Assembly: GCA_045655765.1 (NCBI GenBank)
Contig: JAZOQA010000022.1
Coordinates: 4,573 to 68,572, forward strand
DNA from: Eubacteriales bacterium
GTDB lineage: Bacteria > Bacillota > Clostridia > Oscillospirales > CAG-272
Length of the DNA: 64,000 nt
Direction of reading: 5' to 3'
Under the pieces are notes generated by a model. That model saw only the letters and a list, made by a program, of their open reading frames with translations. It did no database searches and was not told the origin of the DNA. Position 1 is the first letter of the stretch; each line of letters begins with the position of its first letter. This document shows positions 63,139-64,000 of the stretch, one piece after another. Position numbers and translations under genes: made by a program.

Positions 63139-64000
63139 ATGAATTTCAACAACTTTACGATTAAGGCACAGGAGGCTGTGCAAGAAGCTGTTAATTTTGT
63201 GAATCAAAACGGACAGCAAGTGATTGAACCAGCACATTTGATGGCTGGAGTGCTGAAGGTTGGTGAAAATGTAACCAACTTCATTTTTCAGAAACTTGGA
63301 CTTAATGCCCAACTCATGAATAATATGGTTATGAGCGAAGCTGTTTCTAAACCTAAAGTGAGTGGGGGAGAACCCTATCTGAGCAGGGAAACAAATGAGG
63401 TGTTGCAGAAGGCGGTTGGTTTGTCGAAATCTATGGGTGACGAATACGTGTCGCTCGAACCTATCATGCTCGCATTGTTGCTCGTTGATAGCAGTGTGTC
63501 GAAGATGATGAAGGAGATGGGATTTACAGAGGATGGACTGAGAAAGGCTATTCAAGAACTCAGGAACGGTGAGAAGGTTACGAGTCAGTCGAGTGAAGAT
63601 ACATATCAAGCTCTTGAGAAATATGCTACAAACTTGATAGAACAGGCAAGGACTGGTAAACTTGATCCAGTGATTGGTCGTGATGATGAAATAAGGCGTG
63701 TTCTTCAGATTCTGAGTCGACGAACTAAGAACAATCCGGTTCTTATTGGTGAACCTGGAACAGGAAAGACTGCGATAGTTGAGGGTCTTGCTCACCGTAT
63801 TTTAAGAGGTGATGTGCCTGATAATCTTAAGGATAAGAGTCTTTATTCGCTCGATATGGGTGCGCTTATAGCTGGTGCTAAGTATAAGGGAGAGTTTGAG
63901 GAGAGATTGAAAAGTGTTGTAAATGAGGTGACTAAGAGTGATGGAAACATTATTCTTTTCATCGACGAGATTCACACTCTTGTGGGTGCCGGTAAGAGTG
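63139..64000 (+). CDS. clpB: ClpB chaperone (5' part; runs off the window)
   Basis: [18 protein letters not shown]...[47 protein letters not shown]...[15 protein letters not shown] shows the Clp N domain, NBD1 Walker A and Walker B. It is absent from the ORF track because it has no stop in the window. Confidence 0.9.
   Translation, partial: MNFNNFTIKAQEAVQEAVNFVNQNGQQVIEPAHLMAGVLKVGENVTNFIFQKLGLNAQLMNNMVMSEAVSKPKVSGGEPYLSRETNEVLQKAVGLSKSMGDEYVSLEPIMLALLLVDSSVSKMMKEMGFTEDGLRKAIQELRNGEKVTSQSSEDTYQALEKYATNLIEQARTGKLDPVIGRDDEIRRVLQILSRRTKNNPVLIGEPGTGKTAIVEGLAHRILRGDVPDNLKDKSLYSLDMGALIAGAKYKGEFEERLKSVVNEVTKSDGNIILFIDEIHTLVGAGKS

Noticed and set aside
63133-63795. 220-aa minus-strand ORF
   Set aside because: It is antisense to an unmistakable clpB reading frame (Clp N domain and Walker A/B motifs on the plus strand). 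It is a shadow ORF.
1-64000. CRISPR arrays, rRNA, IS elements or transposases, integrase and att sites
   Set aside because: No regularly spaced direct repeats, rRNA-like sequence, transposase motifs or tyrosine/serine recombinase motifs were seen on either strand. The only multi-copy element found is the DGR TR/VR triplet.

Overview
Almost the whole window (about 1-62,100) is a temperate phage or prophage. Its left end runs off the window. The right side abuts a decayed restriction-enzyme gene remnant and a host clpB gene that starts at 63139. Host-type signals look Bacteroidota-like: no Shine-Dalgarno sequences, TAnnTTTG boxes, and HU, DUF4494-like and DUF4373-like genes. This host call is an inference.

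Gene order:
- Plus strand: a 5,783-aa polyvalent protein (methyltransferase, SNF2 helicase, peptidase and other modules), then the portal.
- Minus strand: large terminase, a minimal rhomboid protease, and a small-terminase candidate.
- Plus strand: scaffold, capsid and two structural ORFs, then a 2,643-aa tail fibre, a diversity-generating retroelement (DGR: template repeat plus reverse transcriptase), a lysis cassette, and three tandem paralogs.
- Minus strand: a long early operon with a 952-aa protein, a C5 methyltransferase, YopX paralogs, DnaC-like and DUF4373-like replication genes, VRR-NUC, HU, an SNF2 helicase, a PD-(D/E)xK exonuclease, RecT, and many small ORFs.
- Plus strand: an Xre-type repressor translationally coupled to two AT-rich membrane proteins.

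Main findings:
- The DGR has two targets. VR1 is the C-terminus of the giant fibre. VR2 is a remote, opposite-strand copy at the C-terminus of a 213-aa early-operon protein. Mismatches to the template are almost entirely at adenines.
- No Avd-like accessory gene is visible, and the reverse transcriptase carries a C-terminal extension.
- Two +1-frame ORFs lie exactly within the low-complexity linkers of the polyvalent gene, and their codon usage is more phage-typical than the main frame there.
- A rhomboid protease sits inside the packaging operon.
- A tRNA-like element has canonical acceptor and T arms but a non-canonical anticodon region.
- A candidate superinfection-exclusion module follows the repressor.

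All functional calls come from reading motifs by eye. No searches or computations were run. Coordinates of small elements were anchored on the supplied ORF frames.
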